A stretch of 64,000 bases of DNA from Candidatus Anstonella stagnisolia (GCA_902384585.1 CABMCJ010000002.1:15062-79061), one strand, 5' to 3'. Positions 1-9,199 are shown, counted from the first letter of the stretch. The notes: generated by a model from the sequence alone, not told the origin. Numbers and translations: made by a program.

Positions 1-488
1 AGGTAGTAGGACGAGAGAGCCATGAGCTCCCAGAATGCAAGGAACGCTGCGGCATTTTGCGCCGTGGCGACCAATGCCATAGAGAGCAGGAAAAGGTTGA
101 AGAGGAAAACGAACCTTGGCATGCTGTATCCTTTTTTTTCGTATTCTTCCATGTAGGGGAAGGAGTATAATGAAACCGCAATGCCCACGAAGCCGATTAT
201 GATTGCGAAAAAAGCGGACAGCGCGTCAACGCCAAAACCGATGCTGCCTATCTGCGTATCCGCGGCAAGCACTATTGGGTTTATCGCAAAGCCTAGGAGA
301 GAAAGAGCGCCTGATGCGAAAAGTGAGAGTGATGCCAGAAGCGCAAGCCCGATGCCGAAGTTTTTGGCAAGCCTCTGGCTCTTGGGAAGGATGAATGCAG
401 ATGCCATGCCTGCGGCAAAAAGCGCGGCAGAGGCCCAGAAGAGCCAGAACGCCAAGCCAGAGAATGCGCTTAACAGATACTGAACCAT
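1..488 (-). CDS. NuoL/MrpD/HyfB-type proton-translocating membrane subunit, 5' part only (gene runs off the left edge)
   Basis: Absent from the ORF track because no stop lies in the window. My translation of the minus strand from ATG at 488 gives MVQYLLSAFSGLAFWLFWASAALFAAGMASAFILPKSQRLAKNF...GFGVDALSAFFAIIIGFVGIAVSLYSFPYMEEYEKKGYSMPRFVFLFNLFLLSMALVATAQNAAAFLAFWELMALSSYYL. It has consecutive TM helices and the FL-x-FWE-x-M-x-LSSY stretch typical of antiporter-like subunits of complex I and membrane-bound hydrogenases. Confidence 0.6.
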   Translation of the reverse strand, partial: MVQYLLSAFSGLAFWLFWASAALFAAGMASAFILPKSQRLAKNFGIGLALLASLSLFASGALSLLGFAINPIVLAADTQIGSIGFGVDALSAFFAIIIGFVGIAVSLYSFPYMEEYEKKGYSMPRFVFLFNLFLLSMALVATAQNAAAFLAFWELMALSSYY

Positions 489-789
489 ATATATCCCGCA
501 TGCGTTGCACAATGCGCCAGATGTTAATCCCTAACAGAAGTTAAGGGGTAATCTGAGCTTCTTAATACTTGCCATTTCACGGGCAGTTTTGCGCGTGGTG
601 CGCAGGAAACGCCTTGAATGAACCGTCGTGAATTGGACGCCTTGATGGTATTTTCACCATATTCCTTAATATACGTTTTGATGGGCAAGGGGGCAGTTTG
701 AACCCTGGCAGGATTGTTTTAGCTTCGGGGAAAGACATTTTTTAATCCTTTTCACCCATATATATTAGAGTAGTTTAGAGGTAGGGAAA

Positions 790-1926
790 ATGGAGAGCAA
801 CATAAGGAAAATCGAGCTGCACATAGTCGTTGGGTGTGCTGACGCGAGGGACATTTCCTCTGCTTTTTATACCGCACTTGAAGCGCAGAAGGAGGAGGAA
901 TTGCAAAGCGGGACGCTCATTGACTTCCAGAGGATGTCCGTCGCAGGCACGTTCGTGACACCGGGCATTATAAACGAGATAAAGGCGCACATAGAGGACA
1001 AGATGCGCGAATATTTTGAGTATTACAAGGTAGGAATCCCGATTGACATTTTCGTGCACCTCACCGCGCACGGCAACGTGATGCTCAAAAAAGGGTGCCT
1101 GCATTCCACGCGCAGCTACCATGACATTGAGGTGCTTGATGCCCCATTCAACTGCGGCATGACGCACGCGCAGGAGGTTGCACTTGAGATGGAGGGCATG
1201 CTGCTTGCAAAAAGGGCGGTGCTTGAATATGGCCTCCGTGGCAAGCGCCACCATTTGCGCATCGAGACAGAGGAGGATGTTGAAACGCTCATGAAGCAGG
1301 CATACGGGCACGATGGAACAATCGCGGGCAACTGGGTAAAGAGCATAGTGAATTTGTGCACGCACGCATACGAGCAGAAAAAAATACTGCGCGAATCCCT
1401 TGATTCCGACCCGACTTTTGAGAACCTGAAGATTGTGCTCACTGCAGGAGTGAAGAATTACCACACGAATGAGTATTATAGGGTGGACGGCAATACCCAC
1501 ATGAACACCTTCCTTGACCTTGTGTATGACAGGGTGCGCAAGAGCGGGCACGTGCAGGACGGCTCGCACACGCAGAAGCAGAACCCCTCGCTTGGGATGT
1601 TCCACCACTCCTCAATTCAGCAGGCGCGCGCGCTTGGGGTGAAATATTACCTTGGCATGGACAAGTACAACGTCGGGCAGGTGTTTGCGATAGGGAGCAT
1701 GAACGTGCCGGATTATTACAAGACTTTCGGGCCTTATAAGAATGCGGGCTTTTTCTACGGGGTAAAGCACCTTGGGCTTAAGACATGGGTTGTAATGGGC
1801 AGGAACCTGGAGGAAGCTGAAAGGATGCAGGAGCGCATACTCAACGACCCGCTCATGGGCTATTTTGTAAAGGAATTTGGCGTCAAGCTCGTTGCCATGG
1901 ACAAGGAAGGCAAGCGCCTTGCGTAG
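790..1926 (+). CDS. Hypothetical cytoplasmic protein (378 aa), family not recognised
   Basis: Longest ORF in the region, with normal amino-acid composition and no signal peptide or TM. The N-terminal IVVGCADARD resembles the C-x-D-x-R metal-site motif of beta-carbonic anhydrases, but the rest is not recognisable. Confidence 0.6.
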   Translation: MESNIRKIELHIVVGCADARDISSAFYTALEAQKEEELQSGTLIDFQRMSVAGTFVTPGIINEIKAHIEDKMREYFEYYKVGIPIDIFVHLTAHGNVMLKKGCLHSTRSYHDIEVLDAPFNCGMTHAQEVALEMEGMLLAKRAVLEYGLRGKRHHLRIETEEDVETLMKQAYGHDGTIAGNWVKSIVNLCTHAYEQKKILRESLDSDPTFENLKIVLTAGVKNYHTNEYYRVDGNTHMNTFLDLVYDRVRKSGHVQDGSHTQKQNPSLGMFHHSSIQQARALGVKYYLGMDKYNVGQVFAIGSMNVPDYYKTFGPYKNAGFFYGVKHLGLKTWVVMGRNLEEAERMQERILNDPLMGYFVKEFGVKLVAMDKEGKRLA

Positions 1927-1988
1927 TGCAGGCAAGAAATTTAATATATAGGCTAGTGGATAATAGGAGAACATACAAAGGTTTGTTT

Positions 1989-3194
1989 ATGGACGATGAG
2001 ACTAAGAAAAAATACGAGCTGAAAAAGCAGCTTGAGGTCCTGCGCAGCATGAAGGGCACTGGGACCGAGCTCATTTCGGTGTACATGCCCCCAGGCTATG
2101 CCGTGCACGAGGTTGCAAACAAATTGCGCGAGGAAGCGGGGCAGGCTTCCAACATAAAGAGCAAGAGCACGCGCAAAAACGTTACGGACGCGCTTGAGAG
2201 GATATTGCAACACCTCAAGCTCTATAGGCAGGCGCCTGAAAAAGGGATGGCAATTTTCTGCGGGAATGTTTCGGACAACCCTGCGCGCACTGACATTGAG
2301 CTTTACACCGTGTTCCCGCACGAGGCAATAAACGTGCAGATGTACCGCTGCGACTCGCGGTTTTTCCTTGAGCCCCTTGAAAGGATACTTGATGTGAAAG
2401 ACAGCTACGGGCTTCTTGTAATGGATGGCAGGGAGGCAACGCTTGCGACATTGAGAGGAACAAACGTGCACATACTAAATAGGATGAACTCCACTGCGCA
2501 CGCGAAAATAAGGAAGGGCGGGCAGTCCGCAAACCGCTACGCCCGCCTTATTGAAGAGAGCATTGAGCTTTATTACAAGAGGATTGGGGAGAGGCTGGAC
2601 CAGTATTTTGTAACAGGCGTAAAAGGAGTGATAGTGGGCGGCCCTGGGCCTGCAAAGGACGACTTTTTGAAAATGAAGCCGTTTAATTACCAGATAAAAA
2701 TAATGGGCGTTGTTGATACGGGATATACGGATGAATACGGTATAAGGGAACTCATGGCAAAATCCGGCGACATAATTGCCGGGCAGGAGGCAGTGAAGGA
2801 GCGCGCGCTTGTGGAGAGGTTCATAAAGGAGGTCGTGTCCGGCGGGCTTGCAACTTACGGCGAGGCTGCCGTGCGGGATGCGCTTTCAATTAAAAAGGCG
2901 GAAATGCTGCTTGTGTCCGAGGACTTGCAGTACCAGAGGGTGGGTTACACTTGCCCATCCTGCGGATTCCAGAAGGGCGTGAATTTGAAAAAGGGCGAGG
3001 AGAGGGCTGCGCCTGCGTGCGAAAAGTGCAATGCGAACATGAAGGAGAGCTCGCGGGAAAATCTGGCGGACAATTTGATTGCGCTTGCGGAAAGCACGGG
3101 CGCAAAAATAGAGGTAATTTCCTCAAACACGGCGGAAGGCTCGCAATTTTTGCAGATGTTTTACGGCGTGGGCGCGTTCCTGCGGTATAAGTAG
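1989..3194 (+). CDS. prf1: Peptide chain release factor aRF1
   Basis: NIKS motif (GQASNIKSKSTRKN) and GGQ motif (IRKGGQSANRYARL). Archaeal/eukaryotic eRF1 three-domain length. Start moved from GTG 1926 to ATG 1989 (MDDETKKKYELKKQLE). Confidence 0.95.
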   Translation: MDDETKKKYELKKQLEVLRSMKGTGTELISVYMPPGYAVHEVANKLREEAGQASNIKSKSTRKNVTDALERILQHLKLYRQAPEKGMAIFCGNVSDNPARTDIELYTVFPHEAINVQMYRCDSRFFLEPLERILDVKDSYGLLVMDGREATLATLRGTNVHILNRMNSTAHAKIRKGGQSANRYARLIEESIELYYKRIGERLDQYFVTGVKGVIVGGPGPAKDDFLKMKPFNYQIKIMGVVDTGYTDEYGIRELMAKSGDIIAGQEAVKERALVERFIKEVVSGGLATYGEAAVRDALSIKKAEMLLVSEDLQYQRVGYTCPSCGFQKGVNLKKGEERAAPACEKCNANMKESSRENLADNLIALAESTGAKIEVISSNTAEGSQFLQMFYGVGAFLRYK

Positions 3195-3215
3195 GGGCAC
3201 AAAGAAAAAGAAGGC

Positions 3216-3764
3216 TTATTGCGAAGCGTTCCCTGCCGCGGTTGCATTCTGGGTTTCTATCGAGTATATTGAGCAGGGGTACGTGAGGGTGTCATTCACC
3301 CAGAAGTGCGCCTTGTCCGCAAAGTATGCGGGATCTATGGGCTTTCCGTATGATATGTAGAACTGCGGCATGCCGAAAGTTGCATTTGAAATCCCGGAAG
3401 GAGATATGGGCTTGGTTGTGTTCGCCTCGTTGGATTCAGACACAAGGCAGTTTGAGCCTTCGCACGCTATGTAAACCGTGTTTTTGCCAAGCGCGGTTAT
3501 TATGTTGGAGCGAAGGTCCACGCTGCATTGGAGTATTGCGGTCTTTGCAGCCTGCGTTTGCGCGCCGGTTATGTCCGCGATTATCGCGATTTTCGGGGAA
3601 CTGCCTACGTTGGAGAAGAACGCCTCGGGGTCGCCTGCCTTTTGCGAGGGCGCTGCCTGCTGCAGCAGGAGGGGCGCAAGAAGCACAGCCGCCGCCGCTA
3701 TCACTACGAGGACGATTGCGTATTTTTGGGTATCAGTAATGCTAAGCTTTGCCATTTTTTTCAC
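3216..3764 (-). CDS. Membrane-anchored (N-terminal TM) extracellular protein, unknown function
   Basis: N-terminal hydrophobic helix (AIVLVVIAAAAVLLAPLLL) followed by a Cys-containing domain. That domain is homologous to the C-terminal domain of the upstream neighbour (SPKIAIIADITGAQTQAAKTAILQC vs SPKAIIIVDPTGADEGAKASMLSC). Confidence 0.6.
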   Translation of the reverse strand: MKKMAKLSITDTQKYAIVLVVIAAAAVLLAPLLLQQAAPSQKAGDPEAFFSNVGSSPKIAIIADITGAQTQAAKTAILQCSVDLRSNIITALGKNTVYIACEGSNCLVSESNEANTTKPISPSGISNATFGMPQFYISYGKPIDPAYFADKAHFWVNDTLTYPCSIYSIETQNATAAGNASQ

Positions 3765-3767
3765 CGT

Positions 3768-5891
3768 TTAGTTGAGCACGTTCCCTATGTCGCAGCGGGT
3801 GTAGTAAGAGCCGTTTCCGGTTATTGTTGCCTCATCCTCCGCCACAACCGTGAACTGCACGCTGTTCTTGAGCGCGGAATATTTCAGGTTGAATATGGGC
3901 AGGTTGGGGATGTCGGCGCATGCGGCAGAGCTCAGTGCCTTCCCGTCAAGCGTGCATATGCTGCCGCTCATCACGTATTGGGAAGAGGTGATGTTGTTGA
4001 GCGCGCGAAGCTGGGATTTTATGGTGTCCGCGCAGCTTAGCATTGAAGCCTTTGCCCCCTCGTCCGCGCCGGTGGGGTCAACGATTATTATCGCCTTGGG
4101 GGAATTCTTCACCTGCGAATAGAAATCGCCGAAGGTGGATATGCTGGAGTTCTGCATTGCATAGAAAAGCCCCAATGAGCCCACGAGCACAAATCCCGTG
4201 AAAAGCACCACTATGCCTATCCAGCATGCAAGCACTATTTTGCTTGAGAAAAAGTGGCGCATGTAGATGAGCGAGAACACGAACACAACAAGTATTATGG
4301 AAAGGACCGAGGCGTCCGTGAGCAGGAGCACTACGGGAAGGACTACGGGCGAGAACTGCTGGCGCGCCTTGAAGGTCACAGGCACAACCGTGTTCATTAT
4401 GGACATTGCGCCGTCAACGCTTGTTGCGCTCACGGTTGTCCCAACGCCCATGGCAAGCTCCTGCGGGGAGCGCGAGGATGCAAGGAACTGCTTTGCATCC
4501 GAGGAGAGCCTTGCATAATTTGCAGTGAGGTTTGCATATTGGGAATTTGTAAGCGGCGGCTGGAAATTACCGTCAAGGTTGCGCATGCGCTGCACAAGCT
4601 TGTTGTAATCCGAAAGCTCGTTTGAGCTTGCCGGGTTGACTGACCAGCTTGCCTGCAAAAGCGCGTCCCCTGCATCATCCTGCGCATTCGCAGCAACGTC
4701 ATAAGATGCGGTTATGTTGGGGCGGGCGAGTGAAACCTTGAGCGCCTCGGACGCGGATGAATACTTTGAAAGCTGGGAGTCAATCTGAGCAAAGTTCTTT
4801 GAGGATATTGCCAGCTCTATTGCTTCGCCCGCGCTTGTCAGCGCAGAAAACTTCTCTGAGAGCTGCGGGTCGTCCACGAGCGAGGTTACGTTCTGCGCCT
4901 TTTCAAGCGTGGCTGAATATTTGGATTTGAGCGCGCTGTATTTTGCGCCGTAGTCTGATGCGAGCGCTGCGTTCTGCTTGTACGAGATGCGGTCGTTTGT
5001 TGCAAGGGCAAGCTGCCTCGCCGCGACTTCGGGCTGGGCAAGGTTTGCAATGCGCAATTGTATCGAGGTCATTTTTGTTGTGGCGGAATCAAGCTTTGCA
5101 ACGTCGAGTATTTCAGACGGGCAGATTGAAAGCAGCTGCGAGCATTCGGCCCAGCAGGACTGGCCGTAGCGGCACGCGCCTGCCGCGCAAATGTCCCCGT
5201 CGGTAGTCGGGAGCCGAAGCACGCTGTGCTTGAGGGCGTCCGCAGCATCTTTCATTGGCTGTATTGTGCCGGTGAGTATTGTGAGCTTGTCGTTCATGTT
5301 TGTCGAATCCATTGAATTAAGCGCCGCGAACGCGGCGGTGCTCTGCTTGTCAAGCGCGCCCACTGCCTTTGCATAGGCGAATATTGCATTGCCAAGCGCA
5401 TTCGGGTCGCAGTTTGTGCCCTCGTAGAGCGTGCATATCATGCCTGCAAGCGCATTGCAGCGCGACTGCGAGTCGCACATGCCAATCGATGCCAGCCCTG
5501 TTGACTGGCGGCACATTGTCTCGGGCTTGTATTTTGTGGGGCTGCCCTTAAACAGCGGCACTTCCTTGTCCCTGCTCTTGTTGAAATCAATGAAATATCC
5601 CTTGAGCTCTGAAAGTTCGTCCGAAGATGGGTAAAGGCTCTGGTAGTATTCTCCGATGTATGATGTGAGCTTCGCGGTTTCGCGCACGGGCTCGCCGTCC
5701 TTGAGGAGGAAAATCGGGCTGCCTGAAAGCGTTACCAGGGTAAACGAGGATGAAGGCGCGGACGCAAGCTTGAAATCAACGCTTGTTATTGAAGACGCCT
5801 GCTCGCTTGGATAAACATAATCTGAGGCCGAAAAAGCAAATGCGGCAGAAAACAAAAATAGCAGTGCAATAAAAAGTGTTGAAGTTTTCAT
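3768..5891 (-). CDS. Large secreted/membrane protein, member 1 of a Cys-motif paralogue family
   Basis: Signal peptide from ATG 5891 (MKTSTLFIALLFLFSAAFAFSA). Cys module CRQSTGLASIGMCDSQSRCNALAGMIC, long Ala/Ser/Leu-rich helical region, TM helices near residue 560-620, then a C-terminal extracellular domain. A TATA-like TATTTAAAT lies about 26 nt upstream of the ATG. Confidence 0.65.
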   Translation of the reverse strand: MKTSTLFIALLFLFSAAFAFSASDYVYPSEQASSITSVDFKLASAPSSSFTLVTLSGSPIFLLKDGEPVRETAKLTSYIGEYYQSLYPSSDELSELKGYFIDFNKSRDKEVPLFKGSPTKYKPETMCRQSTGLASIGMCDSQSRCNALAGMICTLYEGTNCDPNALGNAIFAYAKAVGALDKQSTAAFAALNSMDSTNMNDKLTILTGTIQPMKDAADALKHSVLRLPTTDGDICAAGACRYGQSCWAECSQLLSICPSEILDVAKLDSATTKMTSIQLRIANLAQPEVAARQLALATNDRISYKQNAALASDYGAKYSALKSKYSATLEKAQNVTSLVDDPQLSEKFSALTSAGEAIELAISSKNFAQIDSQLSKYSSASEALKVSLARPNITASYDVAANAQDDAGDALLQASWSVNPASSNELSDYNKLVQRMRNLDGNFQPPLTNSQYANLTANYARLSSDAKQFLASSRSPQELAMGVGTTVSATSVDGAMSIMNTVVPVTFKARQQFSPVVLPVVLLLTDASVLSIILVVFVFSLIYMRHFFSSKIVLACWIGIVVLFTGFVLVGSLGLFYAMQNSSISTFGDFYSQVKNSPKAIIIVDPTGADEGAKASMLSCADTIKSQLRALNNITSSQYVMSGSICTLDGKALSSAACADIPNLPIFNLKYSALKNSVQFTVVAEDEATITGNGSYYTRCDIGNVLN

Positions 5892-5951
5892 AGGAAAGAA
5901 TTGTGCGGCAGAATTTAAATACTTAATCCATGTGCCGCCCATGCTCCGCTA

Positions 5952-6010
5952 GTTGAAGAAAAATAAGAAAGAAGAAAAAGAAAAAAGAAAAGATGCCCCC
6001 TCTCGGGGGC
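5952..6010 (-). terminator. Hairpin plus long oligo-T tract downstream of the S-layer gene
   Basis: On the minus strand, 11 nt after the stop at 6022-6024: GCCCCCGAGAGGGGGC (6-bp GC stem, plus-strand coordinates 5995-6010). It is followed by ATCTTTTCTTTTTTCTTTTTCTTCTTTCTTATTTTTCTTC. Oligo-T tracts are the known archaeal termination signal. Confidence 0.6.
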
Positions 6011-6021
6011 TAATTGGCTAT

Positions 6022-8817
6022 TTACTGCCTGCGTATTCCGTCAATGAACTGCTGCGCTGCAGTGAGCGTGTCGGCTGCGGTTGCGCCTGCAACAACTATC
6101 TTGCTGCTTGGCACTACTTCCTTCACTACCACTGAGTCAGTCTTGAAGTCCACTGAGGAGTCGCGGAGCATGTCTGCTGTCACTGTGTTGACAACAGGGC
6201 CACCTACTGCAATCACCACGCCGGATGTTGGCGCTTCCTTGTCGGTCACGACAAGCGAGCTGGTGAGCTTGTAGGGCAGCGTTGCTACCACTTCAGCCTG
6301 GTTGTTCGGGCTTATTACGGCCTTCACAGCGCTTGAGTCAACAGTGCATGCTGGTGCGCCGCCTGCTGATGTTGCGGTGCAAGAGCCCACTGTCTGGTCA
6401 ATCTTGCCCACTGTGACTTTCACGCCACCGAACGTCTGAGAGTCGCCTTCGCCGAGCGTGTAGTCCGCGGTGTTTGCCGCAGTTGCTACGACGTCGTTGC
6501 CTCCAAAGGTGAAGGTTGGCTGTGCGACTTTCTTCGCAACCTTGATTGTTGCGTCAGATGTCCCGACTGATTCGGTCCTTGAGCCACGTTCAGATACGAG
6601 CACTGGCTCGTAGTTCGTGTAGGTTGAGCCGCCAAGTCCCTGGTAGAACACCTGTTGTGTCGAGGAGTCGGTTGCCCTGAACCTGAACGTCTGGTACGTG
6701 CCGTTGGTAATCACCGGTATTGCGGTGTACCTCAGGTAGTTGCTGTTGGAGCCGTATTTGCCCACGTCTTCAGCAAGCATAAGGTCGATCTGGTAGGTGG
6801 CTGGCCCTGCGATTGTGCTCGTGTCTTCTTTGTGGAAGAAGACGCTGCCCTGCGCAGCGGAGTTGTCACCCGCCGTGTCAAACTTTATGCGTGATGCTGT
6901 TGCCTCTGAGCCTGAAGAGGTGTAGGTCAGCGTGTTCCAGTTGTAGCAGTCCCTGCCTGAAACTTTCCAGAACACTACTGGCGTGTAGTTTGTGACTAAC
7001 GCTGTTGCGTTCTGTGTTCCGTTCAAGGACGTTGGGCTGAGGTAGATGGTTCCGTTCACTGTGCCAATCGGGTCAAAGAGAACTTTGTCCACGATGTAGC
7101 CAGCCAATGGGGAGTCACCTGTGCCGCCGAGTTTCTGGTTCGCTGTCCTTATCTGGATGAGCTTTGCCGTGTAGGACAGGTCGAGGCTGCTTGTTGCCTG
7201 GCAGGCCTGGTCACCAGCGGTTGTTGCTATCCTGTAGGTGTCAGAGCTCAGTGCGCTGAACGTGAGGGGCTCGTAGTCGTCGGTCGTGAGATCAACGCCG
7301 TTGTACGTAACCTTGTACGACGGGCTTGCTGCAGGGAAGTTGAACACTCCGCCTGGAGCAGTCTTGGTGTCAAAGCCGTCAATGGTGTAGATCGCCACTT
7401 CCCTGAGTGAGTCAGAGACGTTGCTGTCCGTTGCGACTGACCAGTCCTTGTTCTTCCACAGCAAGGATGTCCTGAAGTACTTGTTCGTGTCTGTTGAGGA
7501 CACAAGGTTGTACCTCTGGTTGTCCTTGAGGGTTATCTCGTCCGTGTAGATTGCGATTTCTGCCCACTTTGCATTGAGCGTGAAACCGGGCGCTGTCCTG
7601 TAGACGTGCACATTCACGGAGTTTGATGTGCCCGTCTGCGTGAACGTGTATGTCGTGTCCTTTGCCACTGTGATTTGGCCGATGACATTGTCGTTCGCGT
7701 CAAGCACGTCAAGAATCGCCGGGTGGGAGTTGTCCGAGCCCGTAGCGACGGATATGTCTGCAAGGCGCACCTTGAATGTGCCTGCGTCAAGAACACCGCC
7801 TACGTTAACGATGTCGTGCTTTGCCTCTTTGGCGAGTTTTACCTGCCCGCCCGCGTACACGTTCGTCTGTGAGGGGTTGCCCGTTGTTGCGTCAGAGCCT
7901 GATGGGTTCTGCATTTCGCTGATTACCCAGTCGCCGCCCATGAACTTAAGGGTTATGCGGTGGGATGCGCTCCTTGAATTGGAGTCAGTGCCACACGAAG
8001 CCCAGTTCGTTGTGTCCTTTGTAGGGAGGTCACCAGTGCAAATTGGGATACCGTAGTCGTTCCCGAGGAACTTCATGTTGTATACCATTGCATTGTACTT
8101 GTTCACTGCAACGTCGCGTATGGACGCTGAGCTGTCGTAGGTTACACCGGATGCACCAAAGCCCGTGTTCGGGGTTGTGCCTACCCAGAAGCCCTGCTCT
8201 TCTGTGTAAGAGGTTGCAGCTGCCTGCGGGTCAACTATGTTGGAGTCCGCGAATGCAGTGTACTGCGAGCCGCCTATGCGGTAGAGCAATTTTATCTGGT
8301 TCGGTGTTGCGTCTGATGCGCCTCTTAATGGAGAGGTTATCGAGCCGCCCGTGTCCGAAGAGGACGTTGTGGAGTTGTACAGGTCTTCACTCAATGTGTA
8401 GTTCCTGTTTCCGAGCGTCCTGTCAACTGTGTCTGATATCAGTGTCTTGAACTGATATGCGCCTGCGATTGAGCCTGGCATGTATACAGAGAGCGTAACC
8501 TTCTTGTTTGAGATTGCGCATGTTCCTGCACCCGTGCCTGCTGCTGCCCCCGTGGCGCATGTCGCGTCACCGCTTACGGTAGCCTTGAGCGTACTTGATT
8601 TGTACGCGTTGTTCGCTATCGCTGCTGCGATGTTTGCGGCTGCAACTCCGTCGGAGATTTGCGCCATTGAGCCAACAACGATTTTCACTGTTGGCTGTCC
8701 GTTCTGGTCGACGAGCTGCGTGCTGCCGTATAATACGTCAGCTGCTGCTACGCCTGCGCCCGCTAGGAGAGCGACGCCTGCCAGTGCGGCAATTTTCTTT
8801 ACGTTTACTCCTTTCAT
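6022..8817 (-). CDS. S-layer protein (archaeal S_layer_N / S_layer_C type)
   Basis: Signal peptide MKGVNVKKIAALAGVALLAGAGVAAA. N-terminal KIVVGSMAQISDGVAAANIAAAIAN and C-terminal VVIAVGGPVVNTVTADML...KIVVAGATAADTLTAAQQFIDGI resemble the conserved ends of euryarchaeal S-layer proteins. Thr/Ser/Gly-rich, 931 aa. SD-like GGGGTGA lies 4 nt before the ATG, and a strong terminator follows. Confidence 0.7.
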   Translation of the reverse strand: MKGVNVKKIAALAGVALLAGAGVAAADVLYGSTQLVDQNGQPTVKIVVGSMAQISDGVAAANIAAAIANNAYKSSTLKATVSGDATCATGAAAGTGAGTCAISNKKVTLSVYMPGSIAGAYQFKTLISDTVDRTLGNRNYTLSEDLYNSTTSSSDTGGSITSPLRGASDATPNQIKLLYRIGGSQYTAFADSNIVDPQAAATSYTEEQGFWVGTTPNTGFGASGVTYDSSASIRDVAVNKYNAMVYNMKFLGNDYGIPICTGDLPTKDTTNWASCGTDSNSRSASHRITLKFMGGDWVISEMQNPSGSDATTGNPSQTNVYAGGQVKLAKEAKHDIVNVGGVLDAGTFKVRLADISVATGSDNSHPAILDVLDANDNVIGQITVAKDTTYTFTQTGTSNSVNVHVYRTAPGFTLNAKWAEIAIYTDEITLKDNQRYNLVSSTDTNKYFRTSLLWKNKDWSVATDSNVSDSLREVAIYTIDGFDTKTAPGGVFNFPAASPSYKVTYNGVDLTTDDYEPLTFSALSSDTYRIATTAGDQACQATSSLDLSYTAKLIQIRTANQKLGGTGDSPLAGYIVDKVLFDPIGTVNGTIYLSPTSLNGTQNATALVTNYTPVVFWKVSGRDCYNWNTLTYTSSGSEATASRIKFDTAGDNSAAQGSVFFHKEDTSTIAGPATYQIDLMLAEDVGKYGSNSNYLRYTAIPVITNGTYQTFRFRATDSSTQQVFYQGLGGSTYTNYEPVLVSERGSRTESVGTSDATIKVAKKVAQPTFTFGGNDVVATAANTADYTLGEGDSQTFGGVKVTVGKIDQTVGSCTATSAGGAPACTVDSSAVKAVISPNNQAEVVATLPYKLTSSLVVTDKEAPTSGVVIAVGGPVVNTVTADMLRDSSVDFKTDSVVVKEVVPSSKIVVAGATAADTLTAAQQFIDGIRRQ

Positions 8818-9199
8818 CTATTCACCCCAATTTTCTTGGTGTTTGTTTTTTTCTTGTCGCTGCCTCAAAGGGCACTCATTTCACAAAGATTATCAGCGAC
8901 AAGTCTTTGTGCCCTTCATATATTCCATTCTTTTTTTTGTACCCTTTTTTCCCTCTGGCGCTGTCGTTAGCGCCTCTCATAGAGACAGAATAGCTTTCTT
9001 CGTAAGGTATTTAAATGTTGTTAATATATAGCAACTTTTGTTTCTAAACAAAATGTTTAGCAACGCCAATTGTCCAAATATCCAATCTGAATGTGACGTA
9101 TTCCTGTTGTTTTTGATGGGAAATATTGAAATTTATCCCGTGCCCTACGGCGTTAAAATATCAGGATACATGTTTTTGCTTAGATGGCTAATCCTTCCC

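Noticed and set aside
181-510. ORFs 181-483 (+), 203-394 (+) and 226-510 (-).
   Set aside because: They overlap the better-supported antiporter-like coding frame on the minus strand (1-488) and have low-complexity or Arg/Cys-rich composition.
775-1608. Long antisense ORFs opposite well-supported genes. Examples: 775-1608, 17178-17768, 22848-23474, 23014-23619, 27376-27903, 28851-29621, 35362-36183, 36202-36597, 42497-43138, 51395-52135, 55014-56018, 56252-57163, 57511-58374 and 62809-63543.
   Set aside because: Each lies fully inside a gene with strong family motifs on the other strand. Their translations are skewed (His/Arg/Leu/Pro/Cys-rich) and show no motifs. They are typical shadow ORFs of a GC-balanced genome.
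2952-3029. C-x2-C ... C-x2-C (YTCPSCG...ACEKCNANM) inserted in the C-terminal domain of aRF1.
   Set aside because: It is probably the archaeal counterpart of the eRF1 mini-domain in a zinc-ribbon version. I believe similar insertions exist in other aRF1s, so it is not flagged as novel. This could be verified by alignment.
5955-5992. Purine-rich low-complexity tract (gaagaaaaataagaaagaagaaaaagaaaaaagaaaag).
   Set aside because: It is explained as the complement of the oligo-T termination tract of the minus-strand S-layer gene, not as an independent repeat element.
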